A stretch of 64,000 bases of DNA, taken from NCBI GenBank assembly GCA_053919585.1, contig CM132786.1. One strand, given 5' to 3'. Both the position numbers and the translations under genes were made by a program. The notes under the pieces were generated by a model. The model was not told the DNA's origin, searched no databases, and was given only the letters and a program-made list of their open reading frames with translations. This document shows positions 38,300 to 52,879 of this stretch, in pieces. How positions within the stretch are numbered: the first letter of the stretch is position 1; every line of letters begins with the position of its first letter. This DNA comes from Euprymna scolopes. Lineage: Eukaryota.

Positions 38300-39980
38300 A
38301 TTTTTTTCCAATAATTTTTTTAATGATAATTACCGTGCATACCTCTGATGCTGTTTGATATGATTTCCATGAACAAACTGCATGCCATTTCTTCATAAAC
38401 TCTTCGTAAATATTCAGAATAGTCTTTTTCGGCAGGCTTCATATTGTATAGATTCAAGGTCATACAAGACGCTTGACAACTTTTCTATCGCTATATTATT
38501 TCATACAATCTCATGCCTGGGTTACGCTCTGTTTTATTTATTTATTATTTTCTCTATTTTATTTTGATCATCGGTGAAGCCATGCACACACTTGATATAG
38601 ATAAAAACGAATACAGCAGAAAAAACAAATACGAACTAGTAGAGAAGTAAAAGGTTGACTTAAAAGTCATTGAGTACATATGAAAATGTTGTAATTCCGA
38701 TAAATTCAGCTTTACACTTACACAAAAAAACAACAAAAAATAAATATAAATTCAAGCAAACCAGTAAACTCAGCATTTATTCAAAATAAAAATAGACATG
38801 CACATTACTGGAAAAAGGTAAGGTCACAGAGACGTTTTAACTGTAAATTGTATATGAGAGACTATAATCTGCACAAGCAGTAGTTCATAGCTGAAGAGAC
38901 ACTTTCAAATATGTGTCCCATGCCTTTGGCTGGAACTTATTGACGTCCGCCATCACACTCTGAATACTGTTGGTTTCATTGGGACTCTGTGATATCAGTA
39001 TCTGGTTATGAGGTGTTTGCATCTGACTGTATTCTCCACCGATATTCTGGGTCCTCGAGACTTTTCCTCTTTCTTGTTTGCTTATTTCTACTGTCTATCT
39101 TTTTAAACTATTTTTTATACTGCCTTTTCATAACGAAATACGATATAGTCTTTTATATTTAATTTGGAGTAGTTGCAAACGTGTGGACCAGCAATGCTGA
39201 GTCATCTGTCGAGGTGAAAGGCACGACTACTGGAGGAAAAGGCTCATTTACACTTGATGTTTAAGATTCAAGCTTCATATCAGCGTTTATGTATGACTGG
39301 ATGTGGAAGCAATGTTGTTTGATTCAAAAATGCATGACTTTATTTATTGAGAGACATGTCCGTACAGTCAAGCACAAAAAAAACAATGAAAAAATAGGGA
39401 ATAATAACGGATTCACAAGTAAAAAAAAACGAGAGAACAAAATATGTAGAAGGAAACATTTTTCATTGTAAACACCCATTGTTTTGTGTACTGGTATCTT
39501 TCGGCAATTGCATACCCAATGAGGTATGGAATTTTCCCAGGCACGTGTTAATCTAGCAAAGTATGAAGTCAGCATCAGATCATGCAGAGATTCTTTAGAC
39601 ATTATTTCATGGTTTATATACATAACTCACGACGCATAACAAATTTAGAACAGAAAAGGAAACATGAACACATATATTAGAATGACTAAAAAGTGTAATT
39701 GTTGTGCTTGCTTATGGATAGCTCTGGATTGTATCGCAGAATTAATTGATGTTCACTGAAGACACCAGATGCAGCGCTAATTATTTGAGGAAAAGTCACC
39801 GACAAAATCATCTTCTTCTTGGGGCTTGTTATCTAAAGTACTGAATTACTTTCCTTAAACTGTAAGTCTTCGGAACTGAGAGGGTACGGACTTGTCTCAG
39901 ATAATCTTTCTGCATAATTCTTGCGTAAGATCCGGGAATTATTACATACGATTCAAGCGTGTTTTTAATTAAATTGCATC
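38300..39980 (-). mobile_element. Heavily decayed coding relic, possibly a pogo/Tigger-like (DDE_1) DNA transposase
   Basis: Weak fragments: YFARLTRAWENS, then an S/T/P-rich linker, TTPN and a K/R-rich tract TRKRKSLEDPE. The order resembles pogo-like C-termini, but no catalytic motif is readable. Confidence 0.25.
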
Positions 39981-40671
39981 TAACCTTAACTGTCACTGAA
40001 TAATCTAAACAATGTAGTGTTATGAATTTTTAGTGTAAGCTTGTTCATAGAATATGTATTAATGTACACTAAACAGCGATTCTAGAATGATAATAATTGG
40101 ATATTATGCATAGATTTCTCTGTTAAAGAGTCTTGCAACAATGTAGGTATTCACAAGCTATTTTTCTAAAGTTTCTATGTAGTTCTCTTTTATTTTAAAA
40201 ATCGACATAACAAATTTAACGGTAACACCATAATAGCCAAATAAATCTTTTTTTTATATCAAAACTAAATGGAAATACGCAATTCATTAATTCCATCACT
40301 AAGATAACTCGTGCTTAGCACATACACGATGCATTAGAATTTTTTTATTAGATTTAAAAAAAAAACTGTATCCTATTTAAGCACAGGAGCAAAAATGAAA
40401 CTATTTATAAAAAAATACAAAAGCATTACGGTTTAATAACAAGTTCCATGATTATAGTATAGTATTTCAGGAGTATATTATGTTAGTTTAGCGAAATAAA
40501 TGTAAGAAACACGCTGGTCATAATGACGCTGCAGTACATACGAAGCATTCAAGAAAACTGTTTCAATCCGAATAAAAGCAACTTCTTGAAAGTTACCTGA
40601 TTTACATTGAACGAGTAACTGGTCAATATCACATATAGCAACACCCACCCACACATACAAACACACACACC

Positions 40672-40734
<63 letters not shown>

Positions 40735-42589
40735 CTATCTATATATATATTTTTCAACATGTGTAGGTGAGCAATGTCTTTCAAGATTACTGTGCAAATA
40801 TTAGTTAACTTTTAACCCCTTCATTCATCATAAAATGCATACATTGTAACGTTAAAATGATTGTAACAGTTTGGCTCACGTTATTATTAATTCCGATCTA
40901 ATGTTACAATAATAATTATTCATGTGATTATATTTTAAACATTGATTGAACATATCTCAGCGAGAGTAGCAGCTAAAAAAATAACAAGATTAGTAACACA
41001 CTGATCGATAGTAAGAAATTAACGAGAATACTATGTATGCTAAAATACTATATCTTAAACTTGCCCGCCTGTGTAACTATCTTTTGTTTTTCTGCTTTCC
41101 AGCTGATTGCAATATGGTCGTTTTCAAGACATGAAGCAGTTCTTGGTGAGATTACCAAATTTCAACTACTTAAAATTACTACGATATAGTTAATTTGACT
41201 ACTGTACACTCAGTAGCTCTTATACTCGATTGGCTTCCGGACCTTGATAAGGAGTGACTTAAAAAAAAACTATAAGTTGTCTAGCTGGCAGAAAATGTTA
41301 GTAAATTACCTCGAATAAGATGAAAAGCCTTGCACATATTAAAAAAAAATATTAAACAAGTGATGTAAGTTACAAGTGTTTTGGAATCAGACTGCGATTG
41401 GTTTAATGTACACATTTGTTCTGTTTTCCATTTTTGTTATTTTCGTGTATACTGAATAAAAAAATAGCAAAATGAATTCAAGATGAATATTGCGGCTAAA
41501 TTTGTAAAACTCAATAAAACAAATTTCAAGGTCAGAATAAAAAGTTGTTCTGGTTGTAAGCTTTCAGCTTTTGATTGAAAAATGGTTCTAACCATAAGCT
41601 GGCTATAACAAAAAGAAAATATCAGCATTAGACATGTAATGAATTTGCAGCTATATAAAAACTCATTTTTAATGTATTGATTTCGGCTTGTACTCATTTT
41701 AACGTGTGCACCGATTAAAAGAAAGGGTTTACGATGGTGCCCATTTACTCAGAATACGAAATAAGCGAAGTCAATATGATTTTATTCAATACGACTTATA
41801 AATATGCAGTATAATTTTAAGGGATTTTGTACCATGAATATAAAAGCGTAACAATAATCGGTGTAAGGTTGTAATGCACACTATTCTTATTATTGTTACT
41901 GGAAAACATTTGCAAATTTTATAATCATTGTAAAAAATCAAGTATTATTATTATTGGAAAAGCAGTCGGATGTTTTTTTTCAAATTATCACCATTGTGCA
42001 ATAGCTGAAAAACATGTTTTCTAAAAGCGTCTGAGACATAATGAATCATTCAGCTTCCAAAAAGTTTCTTTCTAATCATATATTTGTATCTAAAAGTCTG
42101 TTAAACTCCCCGCGTTTCCGACTTTTTACAGTAAAGTTGTCGATAGAGTGCNNNNNNNNNNNNNNNNNNNNNNNNNNNNNNNNNNNNNNNNNNNNNNNNN
42201 NNNNNNNNNNNNNNNNNNNNNNNNNNNNNNNNNNNNNNNNNNNNNNNNNNNNNNNNNNNNNNNNNNNNNNNNNNNNNNNNNNNNNNNNNNNNNNNNNNNN
42301 NNNNNNNNNNNNNNNNNNNNNNNNNNNNNNNNNNNNNNNNNNNNNNNNNNNNNNNNNNNNNNNNNNNNNNNNNNNNNNNNNCTTTAACACAAGTCAGTTC
42401 TGACGAGCATACGCGGAACAATCCCAAGAAGTGTTTGTCATTATCTGTGTCGGACCTAACTATGATGAAATTGTTTTCGTCCAATGGCTACAAAATGACG
42501 AGCCGTTCAGGCAGTATCTGGCCAAGTTACTTTAGTAACGTGTCGTTTAAATAAAGTTTATTGGAATCGTATGTGGCCATTTATACGGG

Positions 42590-42870
42590 TTAATTTGAGA
42601 CCGCGTCGTGTCGTACCGGCGTAGTGTTTCGGAATCGAGTTCGGTCTTATCGGTGGAGTTGTTCCTGAACGCGTTGGGTCTTTTAAACGGAGTTATTCGA
42701 GATTGTGTCCGGTCGTTTCGACAAAGATGTGCGTTATCGTACCAATGTTAAAGATCAGATGGACGCAGTTAGGGGGAATCGTGTCGGGTCATATTGACGA
42801 AATTGATCAGGATCATGTCGCGAAATTGTATGCTACTATGTTGGGTCGTATCGAAAATATTTCCGCATTG
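42590..42870 (+). repeat. Degenerate 34-bp minisatellite (left block)
   Basis: Units related to GATCGTGTCGGGTCGTGTCGACGGAGTTGTTC. Confidence 0.75.
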
Positions 42871-45599
42871 AATAGTAGGCGGAAGCGTTCGGTTTCTGAT
42901 TATGTTCCAGTAGACGACTGCTAACATAGTCGTACCGTAGCCTATGATATTTTTCGTCTTTCTTCTCCCGTCAATCCATAAGCTATTTCGGTCAGTAGAC
43001 CGTTGACTCCAAGCAATTAACAATGATTCTATAATGGAAATTCAGGAAAGTCAATAGTGAAATCTCTATTTAAACTTAGCTAATAGTTCAATTAAGGATG
43101 TTGAAGCGTATCTACTGCATCATCTCGCTGCGCTTGTCGAGCTGTGCTTATAGTGTGTACAAGCAACTATGTGAGAAATAGCGTGATAATTTTGATTGTG
43201 TAAAGATTGTGTTGGATCTTTTGGCTTGTATATAAGCCGTTTTCAGCTTGTTCAGTTTGCAGAAAATCACAAGAAAGGACCGGCCCCTTATGGATTACTG
43301 GGAGCTAAATAATGACGTGGGGGTTTATACTGTTAATGAGGATATTTTTTTACAAATACTAATATAATTGTGACGGCAAAGAACACACTTTGTCGTGTTT
43401 AACCTATGTCAAGCCTATATTCAAGTGCATATCGATAATTGTCTTAAGTTGTTTAAAATAGTGGAGATGAAGCAACAAAGATTCAGATTATGACTCAATG
43501 CCACCCATTTAATAATATGGGCTACTGACAATGCCGTCCACAATCAAGATGGCATCATGAACGCGGGCGGTCTCTATATTGATGACCTTTAAGTGAACAA
43601 TAGCGTGTGTACTGGAGCACATATAATAAGAATATTTGTATTCTGTCAAGTAAGATCCAATAACAGCGGAGATTGGGCTCAATCGTGTTAAATCACGTGT
43701 CTAGAAGGACCAAGGAAAATTCATAACGGCGTCAGAGTGATTATTCAGTAGTCCCTGTTAGACTTACTAGGCGAATTGCATAGTAAATGCGCTGGACATT
43801 TACTGACTTTTTCGCGATGTGTGGCGTGTTACATGTCGCCACTACGTTTATCAAACAATAAACAAAGACTGTGACCAATGAATGAAATTACGATGTGCGA
43901 GATCCTCTTTTAACGGATAATGGAATAACTTTGTTTGACAGTATCCCTAACACGTCCAGTAAAATGTGACTGGTATATTTGTGGGCACGATGTTACAGTG
44001 TGGGCAGACATGAGTCTCGTTGCAATCAACATAGTTGTGTAAAGCAAGACTCCCGTTGCGGAAAATGTAAGCTGGCACCCAGTGGTCCATGCAAACATGC
44101 ATAGATAATTGAATGAGATGGATGCTATTCTGCGAAGTGTCAACTTTGTATTGCATTGCAGTGGAAAGCCAAACATATTTATGTGTATCTCGGTGAAAAA
44201 CTGAAGCATTGTCTAAACAGACAAAAGTGTTCACAACATCAGCCTCTGAAATTTAAATAAGGCATCACCTTTCTACGTTCGGATTGAAGTTGGGCTGAAA
44301 TTGATGTAGGGTTTGTTAAAACCTACGTTAACATAGCAGACCAACTTACACGGATATCACAGCGATGATTTAATGAACTCCTTAAAATGACAGAAATAAA
44401 AGAATCTGTGTGTGGTGTATCATCATAACACGCTATTTATCAAGTACAGACAATTTGTCGTTTCAGCAGACATCCGTGTGTGCAGAGTGCGTTGTACGTA
44501 CGTAAAGTTTATGCACAGAGTAATAAGGAAAGCTGAGATAGGGCACGGTGGTTTGGGATTTTTGTAAATGCTTATACACAGGTCCAGCCCAAATGCATCG
44601 GAAGCAAGGTAGGTTTAATGTCACGGAAAATTAGAGCTGGGCTTTGCACTCACTTGCACATGGCATTTGTAGACGGTGACCCTCGCCGCTTTGCAATCTG
44701 GAAGACATTGCACCGACAAGATTCTGCTAGCGTCAACAATCATTCAGAAATGTTGTTCGAATAATATGGTCAAGTTATTAAGTTTCTAAATGAAAATGTC
44801 GTGAGGTTTTGCGGGAAAAAACATCGTTTATACAGATATGGAGCGTGCAAAATTCATTTCAGTACGTCCACGTATTTTCAGGTCCCTAAGTTCGATCACA
44901 CGATAAAGCACATTACGGCAAAAAACGATGCACGATCTTGGAGGCAGTTCAATGGCACAACGTTTCGCCTAATGACGATAAGACTGCTACGACTGCACCT
45001 GCGAAAGTTATATATTACTATAAGTTGTGTGTCCAGAATCCCCATGAAATGATGGGGGCCGGCAATACAGTTGCGATTCCGTACGTGGAGGGAAATGATG
45101 TCTGGTTTAAGCATCCACATACAATTTGTACGACACACTTAACAAGAATACATTAACGAACGTCTATTGTCCAGACTCAGTCAAAATGGAATACATCGCA
45201 GCACAAATGTTGAACGTCTAACATGATAAAATTATTGTTATATTCGTGACGACATTTCCTCCTCAAATTTCGAATACTAATTGCTATACGAACGACAACA
45301 TGAAAAATCTCCTCAGATAGTAATGTATCCAAACATCTAAAGCATGAGGACTTCAGGGAGGAGGTTCCTGAACCTGGACGGTCAAAGCGAAGTACCAGAA
45401 AAAGTGGCTTGCTCAACATTGCTCTCTCTGATTTCGAGATCGGGGAAGAGCAAGACAAGCGTGCGCGGGAACTATTAAGGAGTGTGTCTCAAAGTTTAAA
45501 TCGGACCTACCTACGGAAGTTAATGAGTTCGTCCAAGTGCTACCTAAAGCCGACTTAGGAGTGGCAATCGAGGTTTGTTTGGTACCGTGGCATTTATTT

Positions 45600-45860
45600 A
45601 TATCAGATGGTTTCGACAGAGTTGCTCGCGATCGTCTCGGGTCGTGTCGACGGAGTTTTCCTAGATCGTGTCGGGTTATTTCGGCAGGGGTGGTCGGGTT
45701 CGTTTGGAGTCCTTCTGATAGCGGTGATCGAGATCGTGTTGATGGTGTTGTTCAGGATCGTGGCGGACCGTGTTGATGAAATTGTTCGGGGCCCTGGCGG
45801 GTCTTGTCGACGGAAGTGTTTGATAATATGTCGGGTCGTATTGATAAGATTTTCTTCGTT
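45600..45860 (+). repeat. Degenerate 34-bp minisatellite (right block)
   Basis: GATCGTCTCGGGTCGTGTCGACGGAGTTTTCCTA / GATCGTGTCGGGTTATTTCGGCAGGGGTGGTCGG / GATCGTGGCGGACCGTGTTGATGAAATTGTTCGG and so on. Confidence 0.8.
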
Positions 45861-47995
45861 GATTCACGTAGAAGAAAACGTGTCCTTACGTTTTTTTGGA
45901 GAGTTGACTTGAAGATTGATGCAATCGTCCTAACGTACGGTATGTTTATTCTTTTTTGAGATTACATGGATTCTTAGGTAAGGGGCAGAAAGGAAGTACC
46001 CACATTCATGTGTGTATTACGTAATATTTAGTCATGAGATAAGCATATGAATGGGTCTCTGCTAATTTATTTTCTATTGAACTATTCCAACGTTTGTACT
46101 ATGTATTTATTCCTTTTAAATTGTATGAGGCAGATTAAGTCATCTTAATATTTTTTCATGGCGTTTTAATACGAGGCAGTTATCCTGGTATTGCGCCTGT
46201 ATTAGCGAGTATGTTTGCTGATTTCAATAAAGGATAACTGCATGCAGAGTCATCAGCGTATATGATCCATTCGTGATGCATCTCATTTAAGCTGATCAGA
46301 GGATACCGTTTCCGTGTATATTTCTAGTAGACAGATGTGTCATTCATTGTAACAGCTATAATTATAATTGAAAAACTGGCAGTCGGTTTTTCGTAAATAA
46401 TTATTGCAGCGTCATATTTGGAGTATCTTAAAATAGAAAGAAAGAAAAAAAAACTAGAAAATGGATGTAATCTAATAACTCAGACGTATAATAAAAATAC
46501 ACATGGCAACATTAATAACGATGAATATCGCTAATAAATTGGCACACTATAAGCACGAGCTAATGATAAAAACTAATTAAATACATACAACAGAATACAA
46601 GGTTTTCATGAAAAGTCACATTGCTGTGAATTGGAATTTACATAGTTTTCAGGAAGCATCCTATAATCATAATATTAATGTAAACAAATACGTGTATATG
46701 TTCATAAAACAATTTCTTATGTGATTTTTACCTGATTTCTCGTTTGATGGTTTCTATATTACTCTTGTATACGCATCCTTATTTGGATAATTATTATATT
46801 TGTAGCAATTCTTACCTTTCATAAAGTCGTGGAGTAACTTTTCGTTTTTAATCTACACGGTTTATCTACCTCATTTACAGTGTGCACTGGTCGGAATCAA
46901 GTTTTCTCTTTGTAATTCTCTTTGGTGTTATCTTCTTTGTAATAGCCGCTTTTATTAACGATACTAAATAAAGCATGCCATTCTGAAAACACTGTTCTAC
47001 CAAATGATTCAGAAAAAAATTGACACATCTGTTTATCTATTTCCTGTGTACATGAGATCGCCGCCAGGACGCCGAATATTTTTTAAATTCTCAACGAAAG
47101 TTTCCAATCTTCCAAATAATTAATTCTATAAATACTACAAATTTCGGCACAGGCTTATTTAATACTTCTACACAACTGTGCTATGAGTTCATCATATCAC
47201 AGCTTCATAAATTATTGCGCCGATAAATAAATATATTTATCGACTGATGTGAAACTGTAAAAGCATTTGACAAGCCTGTGCATAAAATTCTTATATGAAA
47301 ATTATCTCGTAGTAGTATTTAGATGGTAGATTGAGAATTTTTGTTAAGCATTTGAGAAATATTCTGTTTTGTGGCTGCGGTCTCATTTACACATGATGTA
47401 GATAAACGGCTGCTTCAATGTAGATGAAGTCTTTCTACAGAATCATCCGATAAAACGGTTTGCCTATTGAATAGTCCGTTTAATATATATGTATCTATGT
47501 TTAAAAAAAAAAACTAAACTCCTAATTTTTCATTTACCGGCGTACATATCTTTACAGTAGCTGAATACCACACTTTCGCTTATTAGCTTGTATATAACCA
47601 GAAACTCCTGTTCTCTAGGTGTTTCTTACCTCGCACTATTGTGCTTTGGAAGGTTCTCTCTGTGGCCTTATACCTTCACTGTACTAAGAAGCTATTTTTT
47701 ATGTAATGGAGCAGCTTTATTGCTGTTCAAATAACTACGGTGGTTTAATAACGATTCAAAAAATAGCACCTTTAATTTTAATATATTTTATTTGGGGATG
47801 AAAATAGTAAAAACAAGTGGGGATGCAAGTAAAAATTATTTTAGTCTAATTAGAACTCCGTTGTATGCTATACAGGTTGCTTGTTTTCAATCACGCATTC
47901 ACTTATCTTCTGTCTTTTTAGATCATTTAATAACCAATTATATGAACTATTTTATCTAATAAATATAATTATAAAACGCAAATGATCTTGTAACG

Positions 47996-48014
47996 ACTTC
48001 CGGTAGCGCATGCG
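47996..48014. promoter_or_regulatory. Adjacent ETS (ACTTCCGG) and NRF1-like (GCGCATGCG) motifs, possible promoter
   Basis: ACTTCCGGTAGCGCATGCGT in otherwise AT-rich, apparently unique sequence. Motif match only. Confidence 0.25.
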
Positions 48015-48142
48015 TAAATAATCAACCCTACAATAAAACGCATTGTTTCACTGTGTACGTTTTCAGCGTCCCAATTGTTCTTTTTGCGATTAAATTAAAA
48101 GATATATCAAAATTTTAATTAACTGTGAGTATTATGGTATCT

Positions 48143-48850
48143 GGGTACTTTATGGCGCGTATGGACCCTGCGCCAACATTGTTCTATTTTAGGTCATACA
48201 AAGTAATAATAAAATGTCAAATAAAATGCTAAATTGTTTGTAAACTCAAAATAATCGAGCGTTTTTTTTTTTACTTTTTGTCTTTGAATAAATTTCATTC
48301 ATCTTTGTATTTTGTGCTTGTTTGTATTTTATTTTACTTTGTTTTAAATGTATTTTTTAATTTTATTTCATTCTTATTTAATTTTAAATTCATTTTTATT
48401 TTATTTTCTCTGTGAAATATTTGTGTACATTTATTATAAAAAAGTGCTTACGCAACTATTTGAATGATTCTTCTCATAACTTCCTCGAAAAACGACAAAA
48501 ACTTGCATCTCCGATACAATGTAATGTTTTTCATCAGGAGATACCTCTCATAAAGTATCGTGACACGAAGATTTTTCGATGCAATATTAATATGTCAGAA
48601 GACATCCACTAAAAAAGAATATAAAAAAAACCCTTAGTGAACTTTAGAAGAACTTATAAACATTGTGTATATCTGTTCTAGACAGATCACTGGTGATGTC
48701 GCTTCTTATCTGTGCGAATTAAATGTGACTACCATTTTTCAATTTGGCATTTTCTTGGGTGTAATTTTTTTTTTTTTTTTGCCTGAAAAAGTTTTTCATG
48801 GCTAAATAGACCAATGTTGTGTAGGGTCCACACTCGGCATCAAGTGCCGG
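48143..48850. mobile_element. MITE / non-autonomous DNA transposon with ~50-bp imperfect TIRs
   Basis: Left GGTACTTTATGGCGCGTATGGACCCTGCGCCAACATTGTTCTATTTTAG versus reverse complement of right end GGCACTTGATGCCGAGTGTGGACCCTACACAACATTGGTCTATTTAG. AT-rich non-coding interior. Confidence 0.75.
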
Positions 48851-51800
48851 TGTCTATTCAGTGCTCATTTAAGTATGCCAGACCACTTATAATTCAATTG
48901 CTGTAAGTTTTTATTTTTAAAAAATAAATAATTATGAACATAACGACTCACAGAAATCTATCCATATTCTTTTTTCCTTTTAATATACTTTCATAGAAAT
49001 GTTTCTGTTATTTCACAAAAATACTATTTTATTTACCTCACAAGTGTCACGCTCATACATTAATTCCATAGCTAATATAACATACTGACCCAACGTGTCA
49101 CGGGTAGCCTAGTACATGACTATAATTTGAGTTCATAGATTTACTCTACGCCTTTTTCGCGGACTCCTTTGGCTAAATTTTGTGGCTAGCGAACCTATTC
49201 GTCATATTTCTTTCGATTACTCTCGACTTCTTCTGATTTTATAGAATTATGTTTCTTCTTCTGTACATTATCTTTTCATCTAATTCCTTTCGATTTCGCT
49301 TTCTCCCACTTCTTTCATATGCGGCTACCGCTGCTAATTCGCTTTTACGCTCCGTTCTGTATTTTCTTCCTAGTCAGCGTTCATGTTTTTCGTTGCAATA
49401 ATTTTGATTTTACTTCTCCTATAATCCTAAGTATTCTTTTTCTTCCTAGGGGAAATTTTCTTCCTCTGAATTGTGTCTGCCTATCTAAAATCTATTTATT
49501 TATAGATGCATTTACTTGCATTTAATAGTTAAAATAATTCATTCATGATTGAGATTAAAGTCTGAAAACATTCAATTTAAACGCCATGTATATATCATTC
49601 GAAATCTATTTAGTAGCTGACGTAAATTGTATTAAAAGCGAAAATGTAAAACAGGCATTGGAACGTTTTCTATCCAAGTCAATCATCGCTAATAAAGTTA
49701 TGTGCATCTAAAATAAAATAAAAACAACACATCCCCGATTAGGTGTTGTTTTCAACAATTTAGTCTTGCTATTTATTTTGCAAGACATAATTTATTTTAG
49801 AATTCAAACAGAGAATCAGTGTTGGCTAAATGATTTAACAATGCCATGAGTTTGACATGTTCATCATGTGCTTAAATTTATAAATACGCTTTAAGGCGTG
49901 CATATCCTGAGAACCGTTAATCAAATGCACGGGATTATTCAATTTATTTCATCTTTTAAACAACTCACACGCTGTTACAATTACAGTTGAACGGTTTGTA
50001 ATAGGAATAAAGCTGCCGGATTCCTGGAACTATAAATGTTTAATCAAAATGGAAGCAGGTATTTGCATACACGATCCTCATGCAAGTCAACTCGAGCAGA
50101 TTGATGAGAGAACACAGACTTAATGATATACAATCGATAAACAATCTGCAAACAGAGAACGCGCATTTCCCTTTGACTGATACGTTATAAAATGCCACCT
50201 CAATAAGCAACACGTTACTATAATACGGAGATATGTTTATTGGCAAAACGCCGAATCGAAATATAGTATTTGAAATGTATTTATACAGATTCACCCGATT
50301 TGTTTTCATTTTTTTGTTCAGTATTACAGTATTTGTTATGTGAGTAGCATTATTTAATTTATATTCAGATTAAATTCAAATTCGAAATCTGTCTTACTGG
50401 AGAGGAACCAATGCTAGAAATGGAATGTTTGTAAATTATAAAGGTTCCTTGAATTATAATTATTAGTTTACGGATACATGCCTCTATATTTTCCACTGTT
50501 AACAATTATTTAAATGAAAAAATATGACCTGCAGCGAATACGTTAACTTTGCGTGTGTGCTTCTCTTTTGCCTGATATTGATTAACAACTATTCCCTGCT
50601 TTTAATAATATACTTAAGATAATTTAGTATAAACATACGTGTTTTTATATAAACAATACTATATTGCACATTTTATAAGTGAAATAAGATTTAAAAAAAA
50701 ACATACCATGAACTGTATATTTATTTTAGTGCAAAAATAGTTGAGACAACTTGTTTGTAATTACAAGGGGCATATACTATTAAAGATATTTTAATTCATA
50801 GGCTACTTAAATGGTATTACTAATTGAGAGTACTACTAGCTCTCCAATTTACGGCTCTGGAAAGATTATTTTTTTATTGATAAGTTTTGAGAATATAATA
50901 TTTTCCGAGATCACATATGTTTCAGGATTTTTTCATATCATGGAACAGTATAAAGTTTAAAGTTTAATATTTTATTAAATCCCTTGACAGATATACGTGA
51001 AACAACAATATTTACCTTATATTTCAACATTTTATCGAGTTGTTCCGGAATTGTACGCCCACATGTTTATTTTCCCATAAAAAAAAAACACAACCTATCG
51101 TTTAAAGTTGCCGTTGGATGTTTCCTAGAAATTATCCAAAGTCTATTTTACTTTGGTTATTATTATAAAATATGAAAGCTTGTACGGCGTATTTTTTCTA
51201 ATTTCCTTTTAATTACTACCATGCTTAGCAAAGTAAACTTAATGTTTAATTTAAATTTTTGCTGTCAACCCTTTATGTAAAGGACCTTATCGCAGTAAAA
51301 ATAAAATAAAACAAAATATTTTCCTAACAATTTTCATAAAAAATGTACTTTAGTCGAACGCAAAACTACAATATACGTATGGAGTCTTTTTAGCGGTGGT
51401 GGATTGTATTCGTAAGAAACATACTTTGTAAGCTACTGCGCACCCGTACACCAGATGTGTATTTATTTCGATGATTATATTTCTATACGGTTCAGTAATA
51501 TCTCGAGGTTGGTAGTCGCGCTGAAACCACCCAATGGTATAAAACAACAATATAAAAACAGGCTAGATAGACATGATACTTCCGCAATTCTCGCTAGTTT
51601 CATATTAATTGACGAATTATTTTATGCAAATTCTGTGTTATTGCGTGCCAAATGGCGTTAAAAATTAGAAAACCGTCTGGTAAACCAATATACTGTGATT
51701 ACTCTATATCTCTTTCATGGCATATCCTTAATTTACCCATTTGTATTTTTTTTACTTGCATAACACATTATGCTTTCCCCCAGATGGAAACAATACAGTT

Positions 51801-52591
51801 TTATACGAAAATATATCAAGCTACAGTATATGTTTTATTAAGAGAATATATAAGTAAAATTAATTTAGACTGAAAGTATAATGAGAATGTTTTTTTTTCT
51901 TTAAAAAGTTAACATTTGCAAATATTTTCAATAAAATTTCGGTTGACTCAAATGTTTTGTCAACTGTTATAGCAATATTTCCGAGTTTCTGAAGATGGTT
52001 TAATATTTTAATATTCAAATTTTCTATTTTTGTAGAACCCATATTCATAAGTAGGGAGTACTTATTTTTTTTTACTAGAATTCCGAGCCTTGAAAGAAAA
52101 TTGCAACGAAAGCCCTTGTTTGTTGTTCCTGTGTTTTTTTCCCTTACCTTAGCAAAATTTATTTCAACGTACAAATGCCCGTAAAAATATGTCATCTCTG
52201 TTCGATCACGATTGTTATGAAATGGATGCGCCAACAAAGATTTGTTTATGTCCGCAAAGACAATTTTACAAAAAAAAATGTTTATCGATCTGACCTACCA
52301 AATATTATCAACCCTGATCAAGTAATTGCAATGGTTTTACGATATTCCTATTTGGCAACAAGAAACATAGTTTCCATTCTCATGATTTGGAGCCCGAACA
52401 TTAAATTACATTTCTAAAAAAAAGTTATGTTTTTAAATTCAATGTTTGTATTTCTCCTACAAACATAAAGAAAACTAGAAATATTTTACATGTGCGTAAA
52501 AACATATCTGTATGACAAAAAAGCCATGGTATTCCTAAACGAATGTACGGTAAATACATTTGTTTAATTAAAAATGATATTATTTGTATTT

Positions 52592-52601
52592 TTCATCATC
52601 A

Positions 52602-52636
<35 letters not shown>

Positions 52637-52718
52637 TTTATTCTATTTTTATTATTATTATGGTGATGCTCATTATCATCACCATCACCATCATCGTCAT
52701 CATCATCATCATCATCAT
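52592..52718. repeat. Compound (CAT)n/(TAT)n microsatellite
   Basis: Visible trinucleotide runs. Confidence 0.95.
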
Positions 52719-52879
52719 GAATATATGAATACGCTAATTCCCTTCGATCGTTACCATCCTGAATATATTTTAAAATAAAAATACAATGTTCCAAACTGCA
52801 TCAACTGCCAATATACTGATTGTCCTTAATATCAAAATTGGATATTTTAAAATGCTTAAAAATATGTCCAATCGATATG

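Larger units (their letters stand above)
42500..45920 (+). mobile_element. Old Gypsy LTR retrotransposon with diverged, minisatellite-containing LTR-like ends
   Basis: RT remnants (MDYWELNN, FNLCQAYIQV, LYIDD) and integrase C-terminus EAVQWHNVSPNDD...APAKVIY...DVWFKHPHTICTT. Purine tract GGGGAAGAG at ~45441. Related flanks at ~42560-42926 and ~45550-45915. Confidence 0.75.

Noticed and set aside
45537-45912. Membrane-protein-like ORFs
   Set aside because: Arise from the GC-rich 34-bp minisatellite.
50040-52417. Several 60-125 aa ORFs
   Set aside because: Low-complexity AT-driven composition, no recognisable motifs or splice structure.
52543-52794. His/Asp/Tyr/Ile-rich ORFs
   Set aside because: Translations of (CAT)n/(TAT)n microsatellites.
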